From Batkoa obscura (Eukaryota): a DNA stretch of 64,000 nt. Shown piece by piece: positions 1 through 13,207 of the stretch. The stretch spans positions 868,001-932,000 of the forward strand of contig JASVEC010000018.1 in NCBI GenBank assembly GCA_030770535.1, given 5' to 3'. Each line of letters starts with the position of its first letter. Positions within the stretch are counted from its first letter, which is position 1. The position numbers and the translations under genes were made by a program. The notes beneath the pieces were generated by a model. That model searched no databases. It was not told the DNA's origin and saw only the letters and a list, made by a program, of their open reading frames with translations.

Positions 1-218
1 CTACTTCAATTTCTACCAATTTGATCCTTAATTGAAGTTCCTCCCTTAAAAATTACCTCATCTTTTTTAAAAATAGGTTGATTTCATTGGTGCTAATCAG
101 AATCAATTGGATATTTGTTAACTTCCCATAATTTCTTTAATTTCCATGCATCATTGTTAAGAATTGATATCAATTTATTTTGAATTTCATTCAACAAATT
201 AAATAAAAATCAATATAA

Positions 219-692
219 ATGGGTCAAGTTAGTCGAAGTATAGGAGTGCTTAGTGGTATTGTATTCAGTACTGGGTTTATATACGCATTTCGTAAAAATA
301 TTGAACGTGACATTCATAGTCAAACTGAAAGACTAAAGGATGTGGATTATTTATTAAATACTTCGTTTTTGCCTGAAGCTAAAAGGGCTGAAATAGAGGT
401 AAGTGTTTTTTGATCATAATTGAATTAAATCTTAATAAAATGCAGGATAAAATAAAATCATGATAAAAAGTGATATATTAATAAATTGTTTAATTTCTAG
501 GATCAACGTCCAGTTTACAGAGAAGTTTTAGCTAAACCATATGTATTGGAGTTAGTTGAAGGAGCTAAATCACATGCTCAAAAAGAGTTAATACCAGAAA
601 TTAAAAGTCAATGGAATGGTAAATTATATCAATTTGCTTCAGCTTTGAACAATATCGAAATTGATGTCAAAAATTGGTCCTTTAAATGGTAG
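219..692 (+). CDS. MICOS subunit Mic12/QIL1(MIC13)-like small mitochondrial membrane protein, 2 exons (219-398, 501-692), 123 aa
   Basis: GTAAGT donor at 399 and TTCTAG acceptor at 500 keep the frame. N-terminal Gly-containing hydrophobic helix and a C-terminal IKSQWN (KxxWN) motif as in Mic12/QIL1. Confidence 0.6.
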
Positions 693-1091
693 TCAAAGAA
701 GAATATGAAGTTGTTAAATTTTTAATTAAAATGAAAGTTTAGGTTTAAATTTTATATAATTATAAGTTTTTTGGGGATTTAAGTTATCATTTGATATTTT
801 TAGAATTTTATTGATTTGTTTTTAATGAATTTATTATTTCATATAATTAAAGGTTATAGATGTTTAGTTTATATTTATCACTACTATTCAAAATATACCT
901 ATATCACTTATTATAATATTTTATATTATTTATACAAACTAAAACCTCTAAACAATCCAAAAGTCTAGTAAAAAAAAATAAACCAATCAATTTAACTTTT
1001 TTTCAACTCTAAGTCATTCATTGGTTTAACTTCCAATCCGAAACATTTATTAAAGCTAAGAATTTTTTTTAAAAGCTTGTTTACCTTAACT

Positions 1092-2342
1092 ATGGATCAA
1101 ATTGAAACTCAGTTAAATAAATTGGAAGAAGCCAAGTAAGTAGAATCAAAAGAATAGTAGAATTTATACTAAAAGATATTTATTTATAGAAAGAGTGTAC
1201 AAGTGGAAAAAGCCATTCCCTTAAATTATGATTTAGGGTTATTATGTGCTACAGATATTAATACCATGGATAACACTAAGTTCAAGTAAGACAAGACACT
1301 AAAATTGAAACTCTTCACTTCTAACACCTTTTTTTTCCAAAACAGAAAACTAGATGATAACCTTGATGATTATTTAAAAAGATATTGCCGTGATGGTATT
1401 CAATTATTATTAAATCAAGTATTTTCTCTCCCTGTAGTAGCTAGTGAAGATGGTTATATGGTTACATTACCAAAACCAAATACTTCATTACCACGTGAAA
1501 AGCCAGTAAGTTCTCTTATTTTCCTTCTTATTCTTCTTGTTTTTTAACTTAAATTTCTAGATTCCAAAACCTAAACCATTAACACGATGGGAGAAGTTTG
1601 CTAAGGCTAAAAACATCACGAATAAAAAACGAGAACGTATGGTTTATGATGAAGAAAGTGGAGAATATAAACCACGATATGGATATAAGGGTATTAATCA
1701 AGTAGCTAAAGATTGGTTAATGGAAGTACCAGATGGTGAAGATCCAAATGTTGATTTATATGCTAAAGAAAGAGAAGATAAAAAATCAAGAGTTGAAAAG
1801 AATTTAAAGAGACAAATGAGAAATGTGAGAGAAGCTAGCGGAGAAAATAAAGAAAAGGAAACTCCTAAAGAAATAGCTGCTAAATTAAGACAAGAAAGAA
1901 CAGTTAGAAAAGGCACCCTTGAAAGAGATGCTGTATTGGCTAAAGTTTCTACAGCTTCTATGGGTAAATTCGATAAAAAAATTGAGGGCGAAGCTAAAGC
2001 TAAGGGAGTTAGAAGAAAGGTAAACAGACTTGTTTTATTCCTGAAATAGTATATTTATATAAAAATTTCGTTAGTTTGAACCTACCATTGGTAAAGATTT
2101 AAAGCTTGAAAAGGATAGTAGTTTAAAAATCTTAAATAAATTAACGAACGGTAGTGCAGCTAAAGAACAAAAGAAAAAAGAAGTGGTTAATGTTAGAAAG
2201 GTAAATATCTATTGACTATAAGATGCTTTTGTAGATAATTTTTTATTTTTTATTTTTTTAGGCTATTAAAGTTACTGGTGCTAAAGCCAAAGAGGACCCT
2301 AAATCTAAAGGAAAAAGTTCTAAAGGCAAAGGTAGAAAATAG
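1092..2342 (+). CDS. RRS1: Ribosome biogenesis regulatory protein Rrs1, 6 exons (approx. 1092-1135, 1190-1285, 1346-1505, 1561-2020, 2075-2200, 2262-2342)
   Basis: Motifs YDLGLL, RDGIQLLLNQVFSLP, LPREKPIPKPKPLTRWEKFAK, YDEESGEYKPRYGY, STASMGKFD; canonical GT-AG introns join the frames. Confidence 0.95.
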
Positions 2343-3149
2343 ATCGAAGCAAAGAAAAATAGATAGAAATTATGAGGTTGAAGAATGTTTTATAGAGTCT
2401 ATTTTTTTATAATAAAATTGGAGTTGCAATGAATTGTTTATTTTTATTATTGTTATATGAATTAGTTTTGAAAATTGGATTTTACAGTTTAGATGAAAAA
2501 TCAAAATGATTTATAGTGCTTTTAATAAACTAATTATTGTTTAGTTGAATGACAATTTCTTGAAGTTGAATTTCCTTTTTTATACCAGTATCTCTGTTTA
2601 TATGATATTACTCCTTTTATAAAGTAAACGTTTTATTAAATCTTTAATATTTTTTTATAAAAAAGTAGAACATATTGAAAGAAATTTACTTTTATTTAAG
2701 TAACTAAAAATTTTATAAAAGGATAAGTTGCAACAAAATATTAAATTAAACTATTAAAATATAATTAATACTTTATTGTTTATATTTCAAATAAAAAAAT
2801 AGTAAGAATATTATATTAGCTTATTTATTTACATTTCGTATATAATAAAATTGATTAGATTAAAATTGTTAAAATCATACAATTGGCATTACTCTTTATT
2901 ATCTATAGCAGTATATATAGAAAGATTGTCATGTTTAAATAAGAATACTTAAGTGTTTTCGTGCATCAAAATGCTGCTTATCTATCAATATTTTAAAGTT
3001 GCATTTATAATTTTGTAAATAATTGGGACTGAAAATTTGTTTTGGAGTTTCATTAGATAAAGAGGAAATCAACGAATCGAGTCATCATTTTTCGAACTTT
3101 TAACTAAACTATTCAAATAAAATTCAAGATATAACTTTGATGAAAGAAT

Positions 3150-4272
3150 ATGAAAAAGAATATGGAAAAAGATACATAAATAAATACAAAAAATTATTAA
3201 TAAAGATCGAGAAAGAATTATCGATTTACATATCAATAAGTCAAATGGCATCGAAGTTTCCAAAATATTAGACTTTGCTATTAGTACTGTTCAAGGAATT
3301 ATAGAAAAGTATCTTGATCGTAAAGACTATTTAAGAAAGCCGAAAGGATATTACAAAACAACTCTTAACTGATTCTCAACAAAAAGCTATTTAATCTTGG
3401 ATTGATAAATATTGTATTACTAAATCGAAAGCCATACAAAAAAGATTAAGGGAAGGAATGGATATAGATGGAAGTTTATTAGAAATAGAATCTTACATTA
3501 AAATCTTTAATTTCAATTCAAAACGTATCAATGTGCCATCTTATGATAATGATTTGACTACTTTTAAAGACAAGAGCATTTTATGCTAATTACTTTGTTA
3601 ACAACATGGGGATGTATTTTTGTGTTTAAGAATTTTACTAACAAATTTTCCGCTTAAATGGCGCTTAAAAAATCGAAAAAGTAATGAAATCAAAAAAAAC
3701 ACACTCCCATATATTAAAATTTATCGATTCTAAGATTCTGTTTATAAATGATACTACATTTAGTATTATAATCAAACGAATAAAAGTATTATCTAGAAGT
3801 AAAAAGACAGACTCACTTACTAAAGGACTTTGTAAAAAAATCATATCTAGGTTATGATATGGATATTAATGGAATAATTGAGTATCAAACTCAAATGCTT
3901 ACTTTTGATATTGAATTGTTTTATGAATTTATTAAATCCGTTGTTATCAAATTTAAAAAAAAAATCGGAAGCAATAAATATTATAAATAACGAATATGTT
4001 TACAGAGATCCAAAAGTTAGAGAACTTGTTAACCCAATGGACATGTTTTATTTCGTTCACTACTGAGTTTTATATTTTTAAATCCTGTTGAAATTATGTA
4101 TAGCAAATTAGTGCAATTGATCAGAACAAAAAATTCACAAAATGAGGATGAGTTATTTAAAATTTTTGGTAACGCTTTATCACAAATAATTGATAGTGAT
4201 TATAAGGGTTTTGATGAACATATGCTTGGTTGTTTAGCAAGATGTATGAAAAAAGAAGAGCTACTCGATTAA
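3150..4272 (+). pseudogene. Tc1/IS630 transposase-derived array copy A (frameshifts, stops, MITE insertion)
   Basis: Fragments DRERIIDLHINKSNGIEVSKIL, KILFINDTTF, FLNPVEIMY, RCMKKEELLD align to the ORF at 4601-5602. Confidence 0.85.
3608..3708 (+). mobile_element. ~100 bp MITE inserted in transposase-derived pseudogene A
   Basis: GGGGATGT...ACACTCCC termini; flanks ACAT/ATAT; removing it with one 4-bp copy restores the reading frame NNILKFIDSK. Confidence 0.9.
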
Positions 4273-4600
4273 CAGACTCAAATTAAGTTCTACAGTTGAT
4301 TTTTTTTCAAATTTTTATGCATACTACATTACTCATCAAGAGATGAGTAAAATACCTCACAGAAATTTATAATATAAACAACAATAGTTAAAAGGCGTCA
4401 AATACGAAACCAAATACTAAATCGTGATCGAAACGGCCCTTCATTTCAACCTATTGCTTATTTTGTCTAATATCTTAAATTCATATTAGGAGCTAAAATA
4501 ATTGGGATTTTTAATAGTCGTTTGAGATTTTTATTGGTTTAATTGAAAAAAGATAAAATAATATTGAATTTTTCAAATTTAAGATTATTTAAAATTTCCA

Positions 4601-5602
4601 ATGAAATATAAAAATATCACTAACGAAGACCGAGAAAAAATTGTTAGTTCATATATCAATGGATCCAGTGCAACGAATATTGCCAAAGTAATGGGCTATA
4701 ACAGAGCTACTGTTTTTGGTATTATACAAAAGTATACAACTGGTAATGATTTTAAAAAAAAGGCAAATGTAGCTCAACGAACATTTATATCGGATGCTCA
4801 ACGAAAAATTATGCAATCATGGATTGATAAAGACTGTACCATTAAATTGAAAACAATAAAAACAAGATTGAAGGATGAAATGGGGATAGATGCAACATTG
4901 TCATGTATAGAATCCTATATGAAAGCATTTAATTTCTCTTTTAACCGTCTTAATTTACCTCCTCAAAACAATGAGCTGACTACTTTGGAAGCTCGTGCCC
5001 TTTATGCTGATAGTTTTATAAACAATGTAGCAAAGTATATAGGCTCAAAGGTTCTATTTATAAATGAAGCAACGTTTAGTATTTCAATGTCAACAAATAA
5101 AAATTTATTATCTGCAAAAAAGAGAGCTGATTTTATTGGCAAAGGATTTCGTAAAGCAATTGCATCAATGTGTTCTGCTATGAGTATAAATGGGTTAATT
5201 GAACATCAAACTCGAATGATGATTTTTGATACTGAATCATTCTATAAATTTATTGAGTCAGTTGTTGCTAAATTAGAGAAAACAAGCATGTCAGAAGCAA
5301 TAATTATTATGGATAATGCATGCATTGAAAAATATCTAAAAGTCAAAGAACTTATTGAGTCAAAAGGACATAGCTTAATTTGTTTGCCGCCCGCATCTGC
5401 GTTTTTAAATCCTAATGAAGTTATGTATATTAAATGGAAAGAATTAATCAGAGCAAAGGATCCACAAAATGGGAATGAATTAATTAAGGTTATTAATAAA
5501 GTTTTATCACAAATAGCTGATAGTGATTGTAAGGATTTTTACGAACATATGCTTAGTTATTTGCCAAGGTGTATGAAAAAAGAAGAGATACTTGATCAAT
5601 AA
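4601..5602 (+). CDS. IS630-Tc1-mariner transposase-derived protein (copy B, 333 aa, intact), HTH plus DDE fold with first Asp replaced by Asn
   Basis: N-terminal HTH (IAKVMGYNRATVFGIIQKY), FINEATF, IMDNA, LPPASAFLNPNE; 34 residues between D and E. Confidence 0.9.
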   Translation: MKYKNITNEDREKIVSSYINGSSATNIAKVMGYNRATVFGIIQKYTTGNDFKKKANVAQRTFISDAQRKIMQSWIDKDCTIKLKTIKTRLKDEMGIDATLSCIESYMKAFNFSFNRLNLPPQNNELTTLEARALYADSFINNVAKYIGSKVLFINEATFSISMSTNKNLLSAKKRADFIGKGFRKAIASMCSAMSINGLIEHQTRMMIFDTESFYKFIESVVAKLEKTSMSEAIIIMDNACIEKYLKVKELIESKGHSLICLPPASAFLNPNEVMYIKWKELIRAKDPQNGNELIKVINKVLSQIADSDCKDFYEHMLSYLPRCMKKEEILDQ

Positions 5603-5921
5603 ATTCGTTAAGCTTTTACATTATTTTAGTTTTCTGGCACGAGATTTGATGTATACCTGTCTCGCTTATCCTTCTGTAAGCAAAGCGCCTCATAATAATT
5701 TGTGAGTATGATGAACACACACAATTACAAAGTATTTCAAGATGAAATTAGAGCTCTAAATTAGTAGTGAAAGTTATTTTTGTATTTCAATATATTAATT
5801 ATTTTATAATAAGCTTAAATTTAAAAGTTCGAATTGTAAAATTATTAGCTGAATTACTCAACAAATATAGTTTAAATTTATTAGTCCAAAAATCAAATTT
5901 ATCCTTTATTTATAGTTTTAA

Positions 5922-6959
5922 ATGTCATCTCTAACTCGAAAGAAATATGCTTCTATAAGTAGTGAAGGAAGAAAAAGAATTGTCAACTCGTATATCAATG
6001 ATTACAGTGCAGGACGAATTGTTAAATTAATGGATCGCGAAGGAGTTACTCTTTATGATGTAGTAAAAAAGTATACTGATAGAAAAGATTATTTAAAAAA
6101 CCACAGACAATAAACGATAAAATTAAAAAGATATCGAATTCTAATGAAAAGGTTATCTAATTTTGGTTTGATGAAGGCTGTAGCATATTGTTAAAAGCAA
6201 TAAAGCAGAGATTCATGGATGAAATGGGGATGGACGCAAACATATCAACTATACCAAACTATATAGAAGAGTTTGACTATTCTTTCAAGCGTATTAATCT
6301 AGTTACTCAAATAAATAATTTAGTTACTTTGGAAACCTGAGCATATTATGCTAATTTCTATATCAATCAAGTACAAAGGTTTGATGAATCTGAGATATCC
6401 TTTATAAACAAAGTGACGTTTTTGATTAAAATGTATAAAAGACTTAAAAAAGGGAATTGAAACAAAAAACGTTCTCCTATTGGTCCTGGGTTCAGTATAA
6501 AAAACGTATCACTATGGTATGGGATAGCTAAAAATGAAATAGCCAAATATAAGGCTCAAGTAAATCCACCCAATGTTGAATCCTTTTATCACTTTATTAA
6601 ATCAATTATTACTTAACTTACTCAAACAAATGTATCAAGAATTACAACAACTATGAATAATGATTATATCGATAGAGATCCAGATACCAGATGACTCATT
6701 CAAGCAAATGGGCAGAGGTTAATCTGCTTACCACCTAGCTCTGTATTTCTAAGTCCTATTGAGTTTATGTGTTTTAAATGGATATAACTTATAAGAGAAA
6801 AAGATTCAAAGAATGAGAGGGAGTTGTTTGATATGTTTTATATGTTTTGTGTAGTTGATAGCCTTGTATCAGAAATAGCTAGTAATAGTTGTCGTTTTTT
6901 TACAATACCATGTTACGCTTTTTATCTGGATGCATAAGAAAAGGAGTGGTATTTAATAG
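5922..6959 (+). pseudogene. Transposase-derived array copy C (in-frame stops)
   Basis: MSSLTRKKY start like copy D, stop at 6113, later fragments FINKVTF and LICLPPSSVFLSPIE. Confidence 0.85.
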
Positions 6960-7287
6960 ATTTTATGAGGATTTTACATTGCTATTTTTTCAATTTTATT
7001 TCATCTTATAAGCTTTTATCTATTCCTAAGTCGCCCACTCTTCGATAAGTTAAATACTTTATAGTAATTTGAAGATAAGATAAACAACTTTATAGCTACA
7101 AAATATTATAATAAAAAACTAAATACTAAATTTACAATGAAAGTAACTCTTTTATTATAACTTACTAATGATTTTTTACCAAGTTTAAACTTAATAAAAA
7201 TTATTCAAATCTTTGATGTTAGACAACAAAAATTACCTAAATTGATTAAAGCACAAAAAGTAGCTTATTCTTTTTTCTTAATTTTAA

Positions 7288-8337
7288 ATGTCGTCTCCAA
7301 CTAGAAAGAAATACAACTGTACAGATAATGCTGATAGAGAAAGAATTGTAAAATCGTACATCAATGGGAACAATCCACCTGACATTGCTAGGGTAATGGG
7401 CTACAATAAAAGGACTGTTATGGATATTATAAAAAAGTATACCGAAGGGAAAGATTTCTATAAACAACCACGAACAGGAAGGCCCAAAAATAAAGTTATA
7501 TCAGAATCTCATTTAAAAATTATCCAATCTTGGGTTGATGAAGATTGTAAAATTGCATTAAAAACAATAAAAGAGAAACTTATGAATGAAATGGGAATAA
7601 GTGCTGGCAAATCAACTATCTCGAAGCATATGAAAGAATTTAATTTCTCTTTCAAGCGTATTAATCCAATCACTCAAAGTAATGATATAGTTCTCCAAGA
7701 CAATAACTTGGTAATTTTGGAAACGCGAGCCTATTATGCCAATTTCTTTATGAATCAAATGCAAAGGTTTGATGATTCTAAATTTTTCTTTATAAATGTA
7801 GCAACCTTTTCTGTTATGATGCGTTCAAAGTTTAAACAAGAAGAAATTAAAAACAAAAAGTTTACTTCCCTTGGTCCTGGATTCAGTCTAAAAGATATAT
7901 CAATGTATTGTGCTATAAGTAGAAATGGTATAGTTAAATATCAGAATCAAGTAAGTTTTTTTGATACTGAATCATTTTATCGTTTCATTGAATTGATCAT
8001 CGCTCAACTCGCTCATAAGAATATAACGGATGCTATGATATTCGTGGATAATGATTATGTTGATAAAGATGCAAATATTAGAGGACTTATTGGATCAAAT
8101 GGACATAGATTAATTTGTTTGCCACCGAATTCCCCGTTTTTAAATCCTGTTGAGTCTATATATACTAAGTGGATGCAATTGATAAGAGCAGAGGATCCAC
8201 AGAATGAGAAGAAGTTATTTGAAGTTATGGATAGTGCTTTGGTGGAAATAACCAGTAATGATTGTAATTCTTTTTACAATACTATGCTACATTTTTTACC
8301 CAGGTGTACAAGAAAAGAAATAATATCTAGTCAATAA
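7288..8337 (+). CDS. IS630-Tc1-mariner transposase-derived protein (copy D, 349 aa, intact), first catalytic Asp lost
   Basis: HTH, GRP linker (RTGRPK), FINVATF, VDNDY, LPPNSPFLNPVE; D34E spacing. Confidence 0.9.
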   Translation: MSSPTRKKYNCTDNADRERIVKSYINGNNPPDIARVMGYNKRTVMDIIKKYTEGKDFYKQPRTGRPKNKVISESHLKIIQSWVDEDCKIALKTIKEKLMNEMGISAGKSTISKHMKEFNFSFKRINPITQSNDIVLQDNNLVILETRAYYANFFMNQMQRFDDSKFFFINVATFSVMMRSKFKQEEIKNKKFTSLGPGFSLKDISMYCAISRNGIVKYQNQVSFFDTESFYRFIELIIAQLAHKNITDAMIFVDNDYVDKDANIRGLIGSNGHRLICLPPNSPFLNPVESIYTKWMQLIRAEDPQNEKKLFEVMDSALVEITSNDCNSFYNTMLHFLPRCTRKEIISSQ

Positions 8338-8652
8338 CAAATACAGTTTCATTTATAGTATTGATGTTTATTTGGTTTACAAGTCTTGGTATATATTTGA
8401 GTCATATTAATCCTTTATTGAATGAAAGTTCTTTTGTGATTTATTTAAAAAACAGTAACTGAAACTATAGAATAATGTAACATAAATTTTATACACTGAA
8501 TCAATGATGGAAACTACTCTTTTCCTTTCACTATTTTCTATTTAAACAAAATTTAAATCTAAATCAAGGCTTAAATAAAAAACTAAAATTCTTAATTATC
8601 AAAAAATAATTTGTTCTTTCAATTTTAAAAAAGGTTGTTTTTATAAGTTCAA

Positions 8653-9692
8653 ATGTCATCTCCAACTAAAAAAAACTGGCTCTTATTAGGAATAATGATA
8701 GATGAGGGATTATCAAATCCTGCATTAGAAGAGACATTGTAAAAGAGATTGCTAAAATGATGGGATATAGTGAGAAAGCTGTTCGTAGAGTTATTCAAAG
8801 ATATAACGAAGGAAAAGCTTATCTTAAAAGACCAGTGCCAGGAAGGCCTAAAAATAAATTTATATCGGTTTTCCAAAAAAACAATTCAGCCTTGGCCTGA
8901 TGAAGACTGTACTATTTCATTAAATAGAATAAGGAAAAAACGCATGAATGAAATGAGAATAAACCCAAGCAAGATAACTGTAAAAATGTATGTAAAAAAG
9001 TCTCACTAGTCTCCCAGGCATATTGATCCAGCCACTCAAAATAATGAGTTAACTCCTCAAAAAATGATTTGGGTACTTTGGGAACGCAAGCTTATCATAT
9101 CATTTACTTTATGAATTAAATGTGAAGATTTGATGAATCTAAGCTTTTTTTGTGAATGAAGCAACGTTTTTCCTTGGAGCATGTACAAAGTATAGACAAA
9201 AAGAAATCACTCGCAAAGAATTCCCGTCTCTTCGCACTAGATTCGGAATGAACAACATACCACTGTGCTGCGCAATGAATAAACATGGTATAGTTAAATT
9301 TAAAACACAAATAGATTCTTTTGGCATTGAATCATTTTACCAATTCATTGAAATGATAATGATTGAACAAGCTCAAAAAATATATTAGATACAACGTTTG
9401 TAATGAATAACGAATATGTTGATAGATATCCAAATGTAAGAGGACTCATAAGATCAAATAGATACATACTGATTTTTTTTACCACTCGATTTTTCGTTTC
9501 TAAACCCTATTAGTTGTATATATACTAAATGGATACAGTTAATTTGTGCAAAAGATCCACAAAATGAAAAAACTTTTTGAAGTTATGGATGGTGCTTTTT
9601 TTAGGGACTTCAGAATCTTATTATAGCAATCTCCATGGAAACATATTCGGCTTTCTACTAAGGTCTATAAAAAAGGAGCGATACTTGGTTAG
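8653..9692 (+). pseudogene. Transposase-derived array copy E (frameshifts)
   Basis: ATGTCATCTCCAACT start as in copy D; fragments DEDCTISL, FVNEATF, FGIESFYQFIE, FLNPI, YTKWIQLI. Confidence 0.85.
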
Positions 9693-9980
9693 TAAATCAT
9701 CAATTTGAGCTATTTTGATTTTCTATTTTAAATATCTAACATTTTTTGTGTGGAATTAATTTTATTCTAATTTGTATTTATCCTTTGAGTAAGCTTTCTA
9801 GTAATTTTTGTTACAGAGTAATATAATCAAGGAGCACCATACCACGAAACCAAAATAATAAACAGTGTAGCGCTATAATAATTCATGTTTTTAAGCTATT
9901 ACTCAATTCAATAACTTAATATTTACACAGGGATACCGAAATATCGTTAGAAGCTTCTTTTTAATTGTTTAGCATAATAT

Positions 9981-10077
9981 GAGAGTGTTTTCTTGACTTC
10001 ATTACTTTTTCATTTTTTAAGCACTATTTAAGCGGAAAATTTGTTAGTAAAATTCTTAAACACAGAAATACATCGCC
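9981..10077 (-). mobile_element. MITE copy
   Basis: Family core in reverse orientation, ATAT on both flanks. Confidence 0.85.
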
Positions 10078-10559
10078 ATATAGTTAGTTATATGAAAGAC
10101 TTACTACAGTTTCTGAAAGTAGAAATAACTCCCTGACAATTCAAGTCAGAAAATGTATTGCTATAAGTAAAAGGTGTGCTATTCTAAAATATTTATACCA
10201 AGTTCTTCTTAGGTCAAGCCAAGGTATGGTGTGATAATCATCAGAAGTCGACGGAGTTTGTGGTCCATGGTTTTCAGTAAGTTAGGGCATATTCAATATT
10301 ACTGTGGGATCAAACACTACTTCCCTTGCAGAAAATACTAGGAAGGACTCGAATAATCCAGCTTGAACCATTAATTATTATAACTAATAATACATATTAA
10401 ATACTGGAGCTATAAAATAACTAGCTAAGGTTACAAAATATAATTCTTGGCAGTTTAATAAATAATACAAATAAGGATTTTTAAAAAAAGGATGTTTAAT
10501 GTAACAATGTTTCCTATTTCTTATAAAGTTAACAAAGCTTTAATAAAACCTTTATCTCT

Positions 10560-12680
10560 GATATATTTTTGCTTCACAACAACTTACCATCAATGAATTA
10601 GTTTTACCTACGCCTATTTTCCTCACAGTGAGATGTTATTCAAAATGGCTCTTCCAAGTTAAAATGCTGTAAATCTATAAGCTTCCTAAGTACTGTTCCT
10701 TTTATTGACTATATATAATATCATGCAAACTTGACTAAATTTTGTTAATGATTTTAATAAAATAAAAAAGCAACTTTCTTGTATACACTATCGCTTCCGA
10801 ATTTCTAGTGTCATGTATTTGATTGATGTTTCTAGCAAGCCCACCTTAGCCCTAAATACTGTTTCATCATAACATTTTCTGAAGCATATTTTATTTCACG
10901 ACTTGCACACAATATGTATTTCTCGCATTTATAACTAGTAGAATTTGATCCAATTTTAAATCTTTTGAGATAAAAATAAAAACTTATTCATCGGCATATT
11001 TTTTGTGCACATAAAATATCTAATAGCACCCATCTTTAGAGTAACTTCGTTTCAAATATCTAGATTATATATCTACTTAAATCCAACTTGTGAACTTCTA
11101 AATATCAAATCAAAAAAATGATCCTCTTTCTACTACCTTGAGTTCAACTTTTACACTTTCCTGTTATCTACGTCTATGCGTTCTCTTCTTGACATAGGAC
11201 ATTGTAACGCCCCTATTTTACCATTTAGCATCTAAGGAACTTTAACACTAATTAAAAATCTGTTTAATGTGCTACATATAACTTAACAAGTAATATGAGG
11301 ATATCTGATCATTATCATTATCCCTTGAATAAATATACTAATATAAATCATCTCTATATCTGTTGACAATAATGTTTTGAATTTAATTTAAGTAAATAAA
11401 TTGAAATTTTAATTTGTGTCCATATTGATATTTTAAGTAAGTTGTTGCATTGTCTATTGCTACTTCAAAGACATTCAGCCAAGGACTACTGAAGCATTAC
11501 TTTCCATATTAATTAAGAAATACAACTTATATAACAAAAATCAATGATTGTTTTGATTTCTACCTAGTTATAACAAAACTATTAAGTTATTGAACATCAA
11601 AAATAGTTATTATATGTCATCAAACAAAAAATTTCAATTTGTTAATAATTGAGACGGATTTATGTAATTTTATTCAAAATAGTTTTTGTAATTCAATAAT
11701 TTTAAGCTGAAACTAGTGTAAATAAATTAAGTTTTTATTCACTGTTTTCCAATTCACGAAGTTCAAATGTCCAAACCAAAGCAAACTACAAGAAACTCAA
11801 TATGTCAAAAGTCTCTTTGGTAGTATTACTTTGATTGACTTATTAAAATTAAGGAAACCAGGCTATTCAAAATGCCATAAAACAACTTTAATTAAAATAA
11901 ATGCTTTTCTTTTATGCTCTATCATTTTTATATCACTACCATCTTCAGTTTTAATTGTAGTTTCTGACTAACTTTTTTTCATTCTATATATTCATCATCA
12001 TAATGTATAACTAACATATGTTTTGCTTCATGAAAGATAGTAAAATATGTTTTACATTTCTAACTAGTAGTACCCAATTCAGCCAATATCCGCTTAAACT
12101 TGTGCAATAAAACCTACTTCTCAGGGAATTTCTTTAGAACACAAAGTATCTAAGAGTACTTATGTTTATATTAACTCTACTCAAAGTATTTAGTTGCATT
12201 ATCACTCTTTTTTGTTTTAGTCTGGTTAGTTTTTTACTTGACAACTTTTAGTTTATCAAATCATGAAAACTTTTGCTACTTTAACTTCAATTTACAATTC
12301 CTTTTTTACATCTACCCTTGTCTCCTCTTGACACACTGGATAAAGTAACGCCCTTTCTTTTTCTATCTCGCATTAAAGCATATTTTGATACCAGTTGAAA
12401 GTTTAACTCATGTTGCATATAATTTGCTTATGGCCTATGTATATTAATTGTTTGTTCCCATCCATTTGAGTAGACTTTCCATTTTAAAGATACCGAATAT
12501 CTATTTATGATAATGTTTTGAGTTTGAGTTTGTTAAGTATAGGATGCAAAAAGTTGCAAAAATACAAGCTCACACTGATATTTGAGTAAGATCATTATTC
12601 AATTTTTTGCTATTTTAAGGGGATTGATGAATAACTATTATATACATTATTTCGTATACTAATTTTAAAGATACAGAATA
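10560..12680 (-). repeat. Two decayed paralogous ~1 kb segments (approx. 10560-11520 and 11750-12680), probably dead tandem genes
   Basis: Collinear shared blocks, e.g. GTAACGCCC at ~11205 and ~12346, ATAATGTTTTGA at ~11370 and ~12510, TGATATTT.AGTAAG at ~11427 and ~12576; no open frame. Confidence 0.55.
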
Positions 12681-12963
12681 TCGAACTCAAATTGATATTT
12701 TGTTTTGTATCTTGGAATTGAAAATACAACCCCTTTATAGCTGTAAAATCCTTTACAAACTGATTACTCATTCAAAATAAAATAGAACGAAGTAAAATAA
12801 AATAAAACATAGATATAAGGATTGGGCTTTGAAAGAATGATATAAAAATAACTTAATCATAAAAATTGCTACTGAAAAAGCCACTAGAGTTGCAACAATT
12901 GTAATGATATAAATTAACTAGATTTTATCAAATCAAATTTTTTTATCAATGCCATCAAGTTAT

Positions 12964-13062
12964 GAGGATGTATTTTTTTGTTTAAGAATTTTACTAATAG
13001 CTTTTCTACTCAAATAGCGCTTAAAAAATAGAGAAAAGTAATGAAACTAAAAAAAACACCCC
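12964..13062 (+). mobile_element. MITE copy
   Basis: GAGGATGT...CACCCC termini with family core. Confidence 0.85.
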
Positions 13063-13207
13063 ATATGTACTCTGGTTTACTGACAAGTAGTGAATTCATT
13101 CCATTTCATTGGCAATAATTTACCAAAACTTAATACACTTTTAGGTTATAAATGTATAAAAATTAAATTTTCGGCGTTATTTTATTACCTTTTTACAAAA
13201 ATTATAC

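Noticed and set aside
1698..1916. Short antisense ORFs over RRS1 (and similar ones over the GPCR, HSV2, 49074 and 52466 genes)
   Set aside because: They lie opposite well-supported genes and have no independent signal.
4601..8337. Active Tc1/mariner transposons, or an IS630-associated Fanzor/TnpB RNA-guided system
   Set aside because: The first catalytic Asp is absent, no TIR pair is visible, and no RuvC/zinc-finger TnpB-like ORF lies nearby.
4290..8350. TACAGT just after the stops of copies A and D as left Tc1 TIR ends
   Set aside because: No matching right-hand ACTGTA with extended inverted similarity was found, and the motif is too short to be significant in AT-rich DNA.
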